64,000 nucleotides of DNA from an uncultured virus (IMG/VR IMGVR_UViG_3300025844_000016) (taxonomy: Duplodnaviria > Heunggongvirae > Uroviricota > Caudoviricetes). The DNA lies in IMG/VR virus record IMGVR_UViG_3300025844_000016. One strand, given 5' to 3'. A program made the translations under genes and the position numbers. Under the pieces are notes generated by a model. The model did no database searches, was not told the DNA's origin, and worked only from the letters and a program-made list of their open reading frames with translations. Every line of letters starts with the position of its first letter. The first letter of the stretch is position 1. Positions 49,165 to 57,661 of this stretch are shown here, piece by piece.

Positions 49165-50493
49165 TCATGCGACAATGACCAGTCGTTCTGCCGCACGAGT
49201 GATGGCCGTGTAGAGCCATTTGTCGGCATCTTCCCGGAACGAACCCGAATCATCGTGAACGATCACTTCATCCCACTGACTGCCTTGCGCCTTGTGGCAA
49301 GTGATCGCCCAGCCGAAGTCAAGCTGGTGGTCATTGATTCGCGAACGGAAGGCCCGGTCCTTGGTCGTGGTGGCGAAGTTCTTGACGCGGCCGAAATGCT
49401 CTTCCAGAAGTCCTTGGTAGCAGAACATCGAATAGGCTTTGCCTTCCTCATCGCGAATCTTCGCAAGGAAACGGTCGGCACCATCAGCAGCCATTCCGTG
49501 ATCCTCAGCGGAGAAAACTTGTGTCCCGTTGACGAGATTCGGATAGGTCCGACTGTTGCGGCACATGATCAGCGGCTCACCCTTGTGGGGCAAGGTATCG
49601 AGAAAGCCGCCTTCCTTGCGCATCTTGCTGGTCTGCTTCCAACGGTTCTTGTTGGTGCCGACGATCACCTGAGCATCCCGATCCAGATCGAGTGTGTAGA
49701 TGTCCTTTTTCGCCGGCACGATCAGAACACCGTTACCGTAGTCACCATAGTCACCCCGCTGGCCCTTGCGAACCAGAGTGGCAAGGTGGATGATCGGGTT
49801 GTCGGCAGCCTGCCGGTGGACTTCGGTCAGGAAGGCATCCGGGGAACCATTGAGAAAGCCGGGGTCTTCACCAACCGGTGGAAGCTGGCCGGGATCACCC
49901 ATCACGAGGATGGGAATCTCGAAGTCCATGAGGTCTTCGGCCATCTGCTCACCGACCATGGAGCCTTCGTCCACCACAATGAGGTGGATGTCAGACTGCA
50001 CGAGACGCGAGTCGGGGTTGAGTGAGAAGCGGAGATCGTTCAGATCGTAGGCGCGATCGAGGTCACGGGTGAGGATGTGAATCTTCTTCTCGGCTTCGTG
50101 GAGATCAGCCTTCAAGTTGCCCGACGGCGGAGCTACGCTACCAGCCTTGAGCATGGTGACGAAGGTCTTCATCTCAGCCAACTCGCGCTCCAGCGCCTCG
50201 GCCTTCTGCGGCTTTGGCGTGTAGATCAGCGAGTGGATTGTCGAAGGGTAGACGTTGATGCCTTGAGCCCGGAGCTTGGTTCCCATGACCTTGGCGGCCT
50301 TACCAGTCGGCGCACAGAAGGCCACCTGTTCAGGATCAAGCCCAAGGGCGTCTAGGATGTCAGGCAGGATGGTGGACTTACCGGTGCCTGCAAATCCACA
50401 CATCACGAACACCTGCTTCATCGCAGTGCTGTTCTTGAACCATTCGCGGATGCGGCGCACGGCGTCTCCCTGCTGTGGGGAAAGCTCGAACAT
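49165..50493 (-). CDS. SF1 RecD/Dda-like DNA helicase
   Basis: GFAGTGKST, APTGKAA, TIHSLIY, VDEGSMV, GDPGQLPPV, AITCHKAQGSQW, YTAITRA. Confidence 0.92.
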   Translation of the reverse strand: MFELSPQQGDAVRRIREWFKNSTAMKQVFVMCGFAGTGKSTILPDILDALGLDPEQVAFCAPTGKAAKVMGTKLRAQGINVYPSTIHSLIYTPKPQKAEALERELAEMKTFVTMLKAGSVAPPSGNLKADLHEAEKKIHILTRDLDRAYDLNDLRFSLNPDSRLVQSDIHLIVVDEGSMVGEQMAEDLMDFEIPILVMGDPGQLPPVGEDPGFLNGSPDAFLTEVHRQAADNPIIHLATLVRKGQRGDYGDYGNGVLIVPAKKDIYTLDLDRDAQVIVGTNKNRWKQTSKMRKEGGFLDTLPHKGEPLIMCRNSRTYPNLVNGTQVFSAEDHGMAADGADRFLAKIRDEEGKAYSMFCYQGLLEEHFGRVKNFATTTKDRAFRSRINDHQLDFGWAITCHKAQGSQWDEVIVHDDSGSFREDADKWLYTAITRAAERLVIVA

Positions 50494-50502
50494 TGGAGTT
50501 CC

Positions 50503-50784
50503 TTAGTCGAAGGTGACCTTGACTTTGTAATTGACATGCTCACCGTTTACCCGGTGAAGGGTATAGGCAATCACTGTAAACAACATCATCAAGATGAAGG
50601 GCACAATGATCGATACCACCGTCACCGGGTAAGACAGGAGTCTGAGGATCAGCTTGAACGCAAACCGCCCCGCTCCCTTGACTTTCTCAGGCTCGTTAAT
50701 CCAGTAAAGGAGGGTCCCGGCGAAAAGCACGAGAATGCTGAGAGCGAGCATGAGGGTCTGGAGAGAGGAGTCGGTCAGGACCAT
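50503..50784 (-). CDS. Membrane protein
   Basis: Two to three hydrophobic segments. Confidence 0.55.
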   Translation of the reverse strand: MVLTDSSLQTLMLALSILVLFAGTLLYWINEPEKVKGAGRFAFKLILRLLSYPVTVVSIIVPFILMMLFTVIAYTLHRVNGEHVNYKVKVTFD

Positions 50785-50791
50785 AGCGTGA

Positions 50792-51115
50792 TCAGTCAGC
50801 CTTCGCGGCAGCCGACGTGGGTGTCGGAGCTTCGCTCGCGGTGGTGCGAATCTCGAACAGTGCGAGACCCGACGACAGGAGATCACGGAACTCCTGTTCG
50901 GCGATCACGAGCGAGCCACGACCACCGACGTTCACCGTGTAGGTGACAGTCGGAACGTTGGGACCGAAGATCGCTTCGATGAACACATTACGGCCCGGTC
51001 CTTCGATCAAGGCGGCCTGAATGAAGATGCCCGGATGCTTTTCGTAGGGCTGGGTAATCGACGCCTCGGGAAGACGCGTGATGAAATCGAAAGGGTTGGC
51101 GACCTGATTGGTCAT
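50792..51115 (-). CDS. Hypothetical protein
   Basis: 107 aa, AGGAG RBS. Confidence 0.65.
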   Translation of the reverse strand: MTNQVANPFDFITRLPEASITQPYEKHPGIFIQAALIEGPGRNVFIEAIFGPNVPTVTYTVNVGGRGSLVIAEQEFRDLLSSGLALFEIRTTASEAPTPTSAAAKAD

Positions 51116-51141
51116 GCTCTGTCTCCTGTGAGTGATGGGCG

Positions 51142-51177
51142 ATGGGGAGGCGCAGAGGCGTGGGTGCGCCTCCCCAT
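51142..51177 (-). terminator. Stem-loop after SSB-like gene
   Basis: atggggaggcgca ... tgcgcctccccat inverted repeat; no clear U-tract. Confidence 0.45.
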
Positions 51178-51184
51178 CTAACCG

Positions 51185-52228
51185 TTAGTCGAAGTTGCGG
51201 ACCCGGCGACCACCACCGGCGGCACCACGACCACGACGGGGAGCGGGAGCTTCCTCCTCTTCCTCTTCGACCGGAGCAGCGGCAGCCCGACCACGGCGGG
51301 GAGCAGGAGCTTCTTCCTCCTCTTCCTCGACCGGAGCAGCAGCCTTACGACCACGACGCGGAGCAGGAGCTTCGGGCTCGTCTTCCTCCTCTTCTTCTTC
51401 GACAGGAGCAGCGGCACGGCGACCACGGCGCGGAGCAGGGGCTTCTTCCTCCTCCTCTTCCTCAACCGGGGCAGCAGCGCGACGACCACGGGCCGGAGCC
51501 GGTGCTTCCTCTTCCTCTTCTTCCTCGGGCGGCGGAGCGATCGCCTTCTTCTTCTTGGCGGCCGGTGCCGGCTCTTCGAAGTCGTCTTCGTCGTCGTAAT
51601 CACCGTCACCAGTGAGCCCGGCCAGTTCTTCGGCCGTCATCCAGCCAACGATCTTGAGAACCGGCGACCATTTGATCTTGCCGTGCTTCTTGACCTTGGG
51701 CACGTAGGATTCCGCACCGAGTTCGATGATCGGAAACTCGCCGGGGTGCTGGGCAAACACGCGACCGTAAGCGGCCGAGAGCTTGCGAAGCTGGCGGACC
51801 TGACCACCGGTGGAAGTCTTCCAGAGCAGCGGGGTGCCGACGGCTTCGTCCTGATCGTCGGTGCCATAGCTCTCCAGAACGAGGCTGATGGAAGCGGCTT
51901 CGCGCCAACCATCGTCATCGTCATAGGGTCCATGATCTTCCAGTTCATGTTCCATCGGCGGCTTGCCATCGACCACGGGAACGAGGATTTCTTCCTCGAC
52001 CGCGCTCTCGACCCAGCACATCCAGCCGAACGCGAGGGTTCCCATGTCACCGACGACGCGGCTCTTTGCGGGAAGGTCTTCGTCGTCCTGACCGAACGAC
52101 CAGCGGCCGTCGTTGCCATTGAACTTGAGGTAGGCACCGTCTGCCACACCCTTGCCGGCTTCCGCCCAAGGGTTTGCACCGGTGGTAGCGACATCACGGC
52201 CGCCGGACTGAGGAACAAGCTGTCCCAT
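51185..52228 (-). CDS. ssDNA-binding / annealing protein (putative) with repetitive charged tail
   Basis: YLKFNG..G.W..G, GWMCW, P.IEL...Y......G....P.LKIVGW core; C-terminal EEEEEEAPAPRRGR repeats. Confidence 0.6.
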   Translation of the reverse strand: MGQLVPQSGGRDVATTGANPWAEAGKGVADGAYLKFNGNDGRWSFGQDDEDLPAKSRVVGDMGTLAFGWMCWVESAVEEEILVPVVDGKPPMEHELEDHGPYDDDDGWREAASISLVLESYGTDDQDEAVGTPLLWKTSTGGQVRQLRKLSAAYGRVFAQHPGEFPIIELGAESYVPKVKKHGKIKWSPVLKIVGWMTAEELAGLTGDGDYDDEDDFEEPAPAAKKKKAIAPPPEEEEEEEAPAPARGRRAAAPVEEEEEEEAPAPRRGRRAAAPVEEEEEEDEPEAPAPRRGRKAAAPVEEEEEEAPAPRRGRAAAAPVEEEEEEAPAPRRGRGAAGGGRRVRNFD

Positions 52229-52281
52229 AGTTACTCCATTTTTAGAGGGGGTTTCCGGGCGACCCGCCCGGCGAGGGCAGA

Positions 52282-52572
52282 TTAGTCCTTGAGGACGCTC
52301 TTGAGCTTGGCGAGGACCTTGGCCGCTTCGACAGCCTTGTCGATGTCGGCGCGAACTTCATCGATCGCCTTGTCCGCTTCTTCACGGATGCTGCTGATCT
52401 GGGCTTCGGCGTCGGACAGCACGTCTTCGATCCGCTCTTCGAGAGCGTTCACGGTTTCGTCGTTCTGAGCGAGGAAGATGTCGAGCTTGGCATCAAGCGC
52501 GACCACGAAGGCGACAAGCGAGTCGCTGCTGCGTGCGATGAAACGCAGCAGCCAAGAGTTGAGTGTGTTCAT
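52282..52572 (-). CDS. Hypothetical coiled-coil protein
   Basis: 96 aa helical ORF under promoter at 52648. Confidence 0.6.
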   Translation of the reverse strand: MNTLNSWLLRFIARSSDSLVAFVVALDAKLDIFLAQNDETVNALEERIEDVLSDAEAQISSIREEADKAIDEVRADIDKAVEAAKVLAKLKSVLKD

Positions 52573-52624
52573 GTCGGGAGAACCTTTCGGAAGGTGATTC
52601 GGTATTGGTTGTTCAGAGGCATTC

Positions 52625-52672
52625 TAGCTACACACCGTTAAGGTTAATGTCAAGCCAAAATGTCGGTGGTGG
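52625..52672 (-). promoter_or_regulatory. Promoter with conserved box upstream of -35
   Basis: On - strand accaccgacattttggc-TTGACA-17 nt-TAGCTA. Confidence 0.55.
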
Positions 52673-52676
52673 ATAA

Positions 52677-52925
52677 TTAAGCGACGAAGGGCGGCTGACC
52701 ATCCTTGGACTTCCACGAGATACCGAGGTAGCCGCGCTCGGGGCGATGGGTCACACCGTCCTTATCGACAACCCGGTGCCCGCCGTCGGCAAGCAGGTAG
52801 AGTGTCACTGGCCGGTTGATGCGGAACTTTGCACCATTGGCGTAGCTGTAGGTCCGGTAGTCTTCCGAGGAAATATCCACGATCGTCCACGGGGTGATGT
52901 CGGGATCAACCGCACTGGTATCCAT
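52677..52925 (-). CDS. Hypothetical protein
   Basis: DISSEDYRTYSY...GHRVVD..GVTH. Confidence 0.6.
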   Translation of the reverse strand: MDTSAVDPDITPWTIVDISSEDYRTYSYANGAKFRINRPVTLYLLADGGHRVVDKDGVTHRPERGYLGISWKSKDGQPPFVA

Positions 52926-52926
52926 G

Positions 52927-53988
52927 TTATGCGTCCTTGAGTTTGACGGTCAGGCGCTCGTATCCGTTGCCTTCGCGTTGGTAATCATCGATGCTCTTCC
53001 CCAAGTCTTGGAGATCAGCGGCAAGCGAAAGAGTGTCGAGCGACTTCTTGCCCGCACACCACGAGTTGCTGATGGTGAAACGGTCATCACCAACACCCTT
53101 GGTATCGTGTTCACGGAGAATTTCCTTGATCTCTGCTTCGATCACCTTCTTCTCGTGTTCTGCTTCCTTGGCGGTAGCAGCAAATTCCTTCTGCCGGCCG
53201 GCAAGCAGCACCAGACGATCGAGGATCGCCGGGTCTTCGATCTTGCGCTTGGCCTTGGGGAAGTTCTCACCGGTGGTGAAGGCGCACTCCTGTGTGAACT
53301 CACACAGATTGCACTCACCACTAATCTTGCCCTCAGCCATCAGATCGGCCGGGTTCTCAGCCGCGAAGATCATCTTGGCGCGCTGCTTGGCAGCCTCGTA
53401 GATTTTCGGATCGCGTTTGACGACGTAGGGACGGATGTCCGAAAGCCACGATGCGTTGAAGTAGACGATCACCGCATACTCCGGTCGGAACTCAGTGAGT
53501 TCGTGGATGAGGCCCATCTGGACCTGAACCTGACCGACGTGGATTTCCTTGGCTTCCTTGATGTTGGCGCGGGGATCGAACGACTTGTATTCGATCACCA
53601 AATCCTCGGACAGGATGTCATCGATACCAAGCTGAGCCAGCGCATCCGGATCGAGCCCGGTTGCCAGACCGTCCGGTGTTGCTGACAGGCGGCCCTTACG
53701 AAGGGTTTCCTGTTCATCACCGGCGTAGAGCAGTTCCGCGCCTTCGGTCATGATCGCTTGTGTCGCTGGGACAGCGAAGAAGTTTTCGATGATGTCACCG
53801 CGCTTGGCGGCACCCCAGTCTTGTTCGTGATCGTCATCCGGATCATACTGGAACTTCTTGAAGTGGACCTTCCTCAGGCAAGAGAAAGCTTCCGACGCAC
53901 CGACCGATGCGTTGCGGTCATACTTCCATTCCTTCTCGTTGGAATCCGAGAAGGCTTGGAACATGCCATCGAAATTGAGCGCAGCCAT
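52927..53988 (-). CDS. PD-(D/E)XK exonuclease (YqaJ/Cas4-like)
   Basis: VGASE..C.RK, SATPDG, IEYKS, QVQVQMG, ECNLCEF..EC. Confidence 0.75.
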   Translation of the reverse strand: MAALNFDGMFQAFSDSNEKEWKYDRNASVGASEAFSCLRKVHFKKFQYDPDDDHEQDWGAAKRGDIIENFFAVPATQAIMTEGAELLYAGDEQETLRKGRLSATPDGLATGLDPDALAQLGIDDILSEDLVIEYKSFDPRANIKEAKEIHVGQVQVQMGLIHELTEFRPEYAVIVYFNASWLSDIRPYVVKRDPKIYEAAKQRAKMIFAAENPADLMAEGKISGECNLCEFTQECAFTTGENFPKAKRKIEDPAILDRLVLLAGRQKEFAATAKEAEHEKKVIEAEIKEILREHDTKGVGDDRFTISNSWCAGKKSLDTLSLAADLQDLGKSIDDYQREGNGYERLTVKLKDA

Positions 53989-54515
53989 TACACCACCATC
54001 TCAGTCTTGAGCCCATACTTGCGGCTCGTTAGGTTGAACTTCTGGGCGACACAGGAGCCGGCGTGGAGATCGAAGCAACGGGCCAGTCGGAAGACATAGA
54101 CCACCACTTCGTTGAGGTTTCGGTTCAGGTCTTCGAGTGAGCCACGAGCGCCTACCATTCCGAAGCGTTCGCGCTCTTGTTTCTTGATCGTGTTGGAGAC
54201 CATTCCGACCTGAATCGCCAGATCGAGCATGATGTCCTTCGGCATACCGAACAACGGAATTTCCGGCTCCAGATTGAGTTCGAGATCGCAGCGCAGAGCA
54301 ATGAGATCGCAGCAGATAATCACATCACCAATCTCTTGGATGAGCGCTTCCTGATCGGAGCCGCCGAAAAGAATATCGGTAGCCGCTTCGATCAGTTCAC
54401 CAGCTTCACCGGCAAGCTCATTGCCCGCATAGGACAGGGTGATGTCGCCGCCGGTATCCCACTCAGCTTGGCGAGCGCGATTGGCATCACGTAGATTGGT
54501 GAACTGGGTCATCAC
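53988..54515 (-). CDS. MazG-like nucleotide pyrophosphohydrolase (tandem helical repeat)
   Basis: NELAGEAGELIE...QEIGDVII; degenerate second half; KFNLTS.K.G C-terminus. Confidence 0.75.
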   Translation of the reverse strand: MMTQFTNLRDANRARQAEWDTGGDITLSYAGNELAGEAGELIEAATDILFGGSDQEALIQEIGDVIICCDLIALRCDLELNLEPEIPLFGMPKDIMLDLAIQVGMVSNTIKKQERERFGMVGARGSLEDLNRNLNEVVVYVFRLARCFDLHAGSCVAQKFNLTSRKYGLKTEMVV

Positions 54516-55021
54516 TCGTCCTCATCTTCTTCGTCATCGTCGGCGTCGAAATCGGACTCACCAAACATGATGTCCTCATGCCGACCACGAAACTTCGCAA
54601 AGTCCTTGAACAGTTCGAGCAGCGGGATGAAGTTCTGGATGACATCCATGGTGGGATCGGTGGCGACCATACTCTCGGCGTGGTAGCGTTCGGTGACATC
54701 GATCTCGCCGTCTTGGAATATCACCAGAACTGGTTCATCCTCGGCACCTTCGTTGACCGTTTCCGAGATGGTGAAATAGATCACACCATCTGACACATCG
54801 AGATCATCTTCGTCGCCCATTTCGAAGTGGATCATCACGAGGACGAATACTTCGGAGAACGCGTGATGGCTGTGGAAGCTATCGTTACCTTCTTGGATCG
54901 CATCCACGTCACCAGCGAATGCGACTTCCCAGTCACCATTTTCGTAGACGACCACGACTGGCGTGCCCGGCAGATCAGCGGCTGGAATTGTTGTATTGAG
55001 AGTGAGCAGTGATGCGGTCAT
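54512..55021 (-). CDS. Hypothetical acidic protein
   Basis: 169 aa with internal repeat PVVVVYENGD / PVLVIFQDGE. Confidence 0.6.
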   Translation of the reverse strand: MTASLLTLNTTIPAADLPGTPVVVVYENGDWEVAFAGDVDAIQEGNDSFHSHHAFSEVFVLVMIHFEMGDEDDLDVSDGVIYFTISETVNEGAEDEPVLVIFQDGEIDVTERYHAESMVATDPTMDVIQNFIPLLELFKDFAKFRGRHEDIMFGESDFDADDDEEDEDE

Positions 55022-55395
55022 TAGAGGACTCCCAACCCCTTGGCCGTGCTGAGGACGATGGTCCGGAACAGGCGGTCCTTGAACTGCTGCTCTGGCGGTA
55101 GCTCTTCGAACGGAACCATGCAGGGGTGCGTCTTGGCTTCCGGGTCCTTGACCTCGCCGTAGACCCAGCCATCGGTGACCTTCTCACGCATCCACGATTC
55201 ATGGCTGGCGCTATCACCAGCGTCCGGGTTGCCGACCACGAAGCGCACACCGGCGATCGCGGAATCCTGCTGCCACTTGGGAGCGTCTTCCCATGCTGGT
55301 TGGCTGGTGTCGCCATTGTATTCGCACCATGCGCGATTGGCTTCGTGACATACCCGTGCGAGATTGACAGCAGCGGTGCCGGAAATATAACCCAT
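55021..55395 (-). CDS. RyR-domain protein
   Basis: HESWMREKVTDGWVYGEVKD.EAKTHPCMVPFEELP..QQFKD. Confidence 0.8.
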   Translation of the reverse strand: MGYISGTAAVNLARVCHEANRAWCEYNGDTSQPAWEDAPKWQQDSAIAGVRFVVGNPDAGDSASHESWMREKVTDGWVYGEVKDPEAKTHPCMVPFEELPPEQQFKDRLFRTIVLSTAKGLGVL

Positions 55396-55419
55396 TGTGT
55401 TTACCTTAATGCTGGAGAT

Positions 55420-55617
55420 TTATGAGCCGTCGTCGTCGCGGATCAGGTGGAATGAAGCCTGCTCTTGCGTCTTGAAGGTACCTCGAAGAGCGTGGGTGAA
55501 CAAGCTCCGGAAGTAGAAAGTGCCACGCTGATGGCCGTTGTATTGGTCGGGGACCTCGAACACCTGCCCGATCGGGAAGTGTAGTTCGGGATCGATACGG
55601 GAGAGATTATTCGACAC
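55420..55617 (-). CDS. Hypothetical protein
   Basis: 65 aa, GTG start. Confidence 0.5.
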   Translation of the reverse strand: MSNNLSRIDPELHFPIGQVFEVPDQYNGHQRGTFYFRSLFTHALRGTFKTQEQASFHLIRDDDGS

Positions 55618-55858
55618 GGATCATGTCCCAATCATCGTAGCCGAGAACGGCTGGGATAATACGAACAGTCTGCAACGCCGCATCGACAGCGGAACGAAGA
55701 GACTGGTTGTGGAAACTGTAGCTCTGCGTGACGGTCTCGATAGCGACCCGTGCGATTGCCTCAGCTTCATCTTCATCGGTGGTTATGCCCAAACACTTCC
55801 ACCCTTCGCCGTTGGGGTTACGACACATCACAGCCCAAACGCTCTCTTGCACGATCAT
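55607..55858 (-). CDS. Hypothetical protein
   Basis: 83 aa, TGATG coupling. Confidence 0.55.
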   Translation of the reverse strand: MIVQESVWAVMCRNPNGEGWKCLGITTDEDEAEAIARVAIETVTQSYSFHNQSLRSAVDAALQTVRIIPAVLGYDDWDMIRVE

Positions 55859-56580
55859 CAGGCAGCTTCTCCCAGCGCCATGAACTCCTCGTAGAGAGCC
55901 GGGGTGATCTTGCCGGCTCGTTCCAGCCGTCGGACTTCCTTGTCGAAGGCACCCAGCGCGACCAGTTCATGGAACACCTTACGGGTCCACGAAATATCGA
56001 CGATAGCGGAGTGAGCGTTTTCCATCTCGACGCCGAAGAAGAAGGGAACCGCTTCCTCCAGCTTGGGCCACTTGTAGTTGGTGCTACCGACCCGGACGAC
56101 TCCCTTCTTGGGAATCTTGCAGATCGGTGTGGCGGTCTTCATCGTGCAGAGGAAGGGCGATCCGGCGAAGACATCACTCGGCGTCTTGTGGTTCGGTCGG
56201 AGGCGAGCGTATTCACCTTCCATCACCTTGGTATCGAAGGCGGTGTTGTGACAAACGATCAGGTCGGCATGTTCCGCTGCGATGATGAACATCTCGACCG
56301 CATCGGCGATCGGGATACCCTGCTCTTCGCACATCTCGGGCGTGATGCCGGTGACTTCCATAGCCTTGTGTGAGATGATCGAAGGCGGAAGTTCGCCGGT
56401 GGGGTCTTCGTGGAGATACCAGTTGTCGGGCTTGATGAGGGCGTCGAGCGTGATGACATCAACGCCGTGGCGTTCGAGGATGAAACCAAGCTGCGTGATA
56501 TTCGGCTGGTGGGTCTCACCAGTCTCGGGGTCCTTCCGGGGTAGGCCGGTGGATTCCACGTCGAAGAAGAGGATGTTCAT
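55858..56580 (-). CDS. DEDDh 3'-5' exonuclease (DNA Pol III epsilon-like)
   Basis: FFDVESTGL, CHNTAFD, CTM, AHSAIVD. Confidence 0.88.
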   Translation of the reverse strand: MNILFFDVESTGLPRKDPETGETHQPNITQLGFILERHGVDVITLDALIKPDNWYLHEDPTGELPPSIISHKAMEVTGITPEMCEEQGIPIADAVEMFIIAAEHADLIVCHNTAFDTKVMEGEYARLRPNHKTPSDVFAGSPFLCTMKTATPICKIPKKGVVRVGSTNYKWPKLEEAVPFFFGVEMENAHSAIVDISWTRKVFHELVALGAFDKEVRRLERAGKITPALYEEFMALGEAA

Positions 56581-56607
56581 GTCGGGGAGAACCTTGTTGT
56601 CCAGACT

Positions 56608-56652
56608 GCGTTATGTCAAACTGTCTGTGATGTCAAGTGAAAATGGCGGTCA
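56608..56652 (-). promoter_or_regulatory. Promoter with conserved box upstream of -35
   Basis: On - strand tgaccgccattttcac-TTGACA (56636-56631). Confidence 0.55.
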
Positions 56653-56997
56653 GCGCGAAAAAGGTGGCTGGGCAGGGTCGTAGGCCGGGCCTATCGGGGA
56701 GCGAATAGGTGAGCCCTCCGGCGAGCGGACAATCGGCCCCGGTGTGATGTCCACACCTGAAATGGGGAAATCGATCACCAGCTTGGGGATAGGCATGTTG
56801 AGTTCGCGGAGCTTCTTGAGCCCTTCGATCAAAGCATCCACTTGCTCCCCGGTGAGAACCAAGCATCCTTCGGTCTGGCCGGAAGCAACCGATCTGATTT
56901 CAAACAGACCGGCCCCATCAACGTTCGGGCTGAGTGCGAGGTAATCACCGCTATCATCATCGTAGAGACGCAAGGCATATTCGGTGGTGAGCTTCAC
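56650..56997 (-). CDS. Hypothetical protein
   Basis: 115 aa, GGAG RBS. Confidence 0.55.
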   Translation of the reverse strand: MKLTTEYALRLYDDDSGDYLALSPNVDGAGLFEIRSVASGQTEGCLVLTGEQVDALIEGLKKLRELNMPIPKLVIDFPISGVDITPGPIVRSPEGSPIRSPIGPAYDPAQPPFSR

Positions 56998-57185
56998 AGG
57001 AAATACTCCAGAAGAAAGATGATCAGGCCCACCACAGCCGCAACGAACAGTGCGACAAGTTTACTGGGCGTGCTACGAGAACAATCCGGATAATCGGACC
57101 ACCCATGTGGATTGGTAAGGCTCAGATTATACAGAAGATACAAGGCAAGCCCTGCGACGACGATAACGATGGCAGGTTCGGTCAT
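56994..57185 (-). CDS. Small membrane protein (2 TM)
   Basis: Two hydrophobic helices, AAGGA RBS. Confidence 0.55.
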   Translation of the reverse strand: MTEPAIVIVVAGLALYLLYNLSLTNPHGWSDYPDCSRSTPSKLVALFVAAVVGLIIFLLEYFL

Positions 57186-57661
57186 TGTGTTTCCTTAATG
57201 TTACTTTCGCTGTAGCTATGACGTTCTCTGAACGGACGTTCGTAACTTCCTCGGATCACAACATAGTCTCCGGGGATATACCCATTGCATTTATACCGGC
57301 TACGGGGTTCAGGATTATTTGAACCCAAAGCGATATGTCTTTTCCCTATCAGTTTATCAATAGGAAAGCACCATAGATGAGTTCCGACTACCCATAGTTC
57401 ATCGATCTCATCAGGAGTGTATCCATTAAGATGAGATTTAGTTAGAAGTGGGCATCTCTCGTAAGCAAAGTGACCATCACCAAACTTAGACCACTGCGCT
57501 GTCTTTACCTGCACACGCACAGCCTTACCTTCTTTAATGTATACGAGGTCGGCTCGGGACTGGGATGCGATTGACATATGGACATCAAAACCTTTAGCTG
57601 CCAGATGGGAGGCAACTAAAAGTTCTGATGCTAATCCTAAAGCGGCTGTATCACGAAGCAT
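57182..57661 (-). CDS. PD-(D/E)XK endonuclease (group I intron-associated type), free-standing
   Basis: GLASELLV..HL..KGFDV..S...RADLV.....VRVQVKTA; strongly AT-rich; TAATG overlap with polymerase stop. Confidence 0.75.
   Translation of the reverse strand: MLRDTAALGLASELLVASHLAAKGFDVHMSIASQSRADLVYIKEGKAVRVQVKTAQWSKFGDGHFAYERCPLLTKSHLNGYTPDEIDELWVVGTHLWCFPIDKLIGKRHIALGSNNPEPRSRYKCNGYIPGDYVVIRGSYERPFRERHSYSESNIKETQ

Noticed and set aside
52927..53988. Cas4-like nuclease as a sign of CRISPR-Cas
   Set aside because: No repeat-spacer array or other cas genes; it sits in the replication/recombination module
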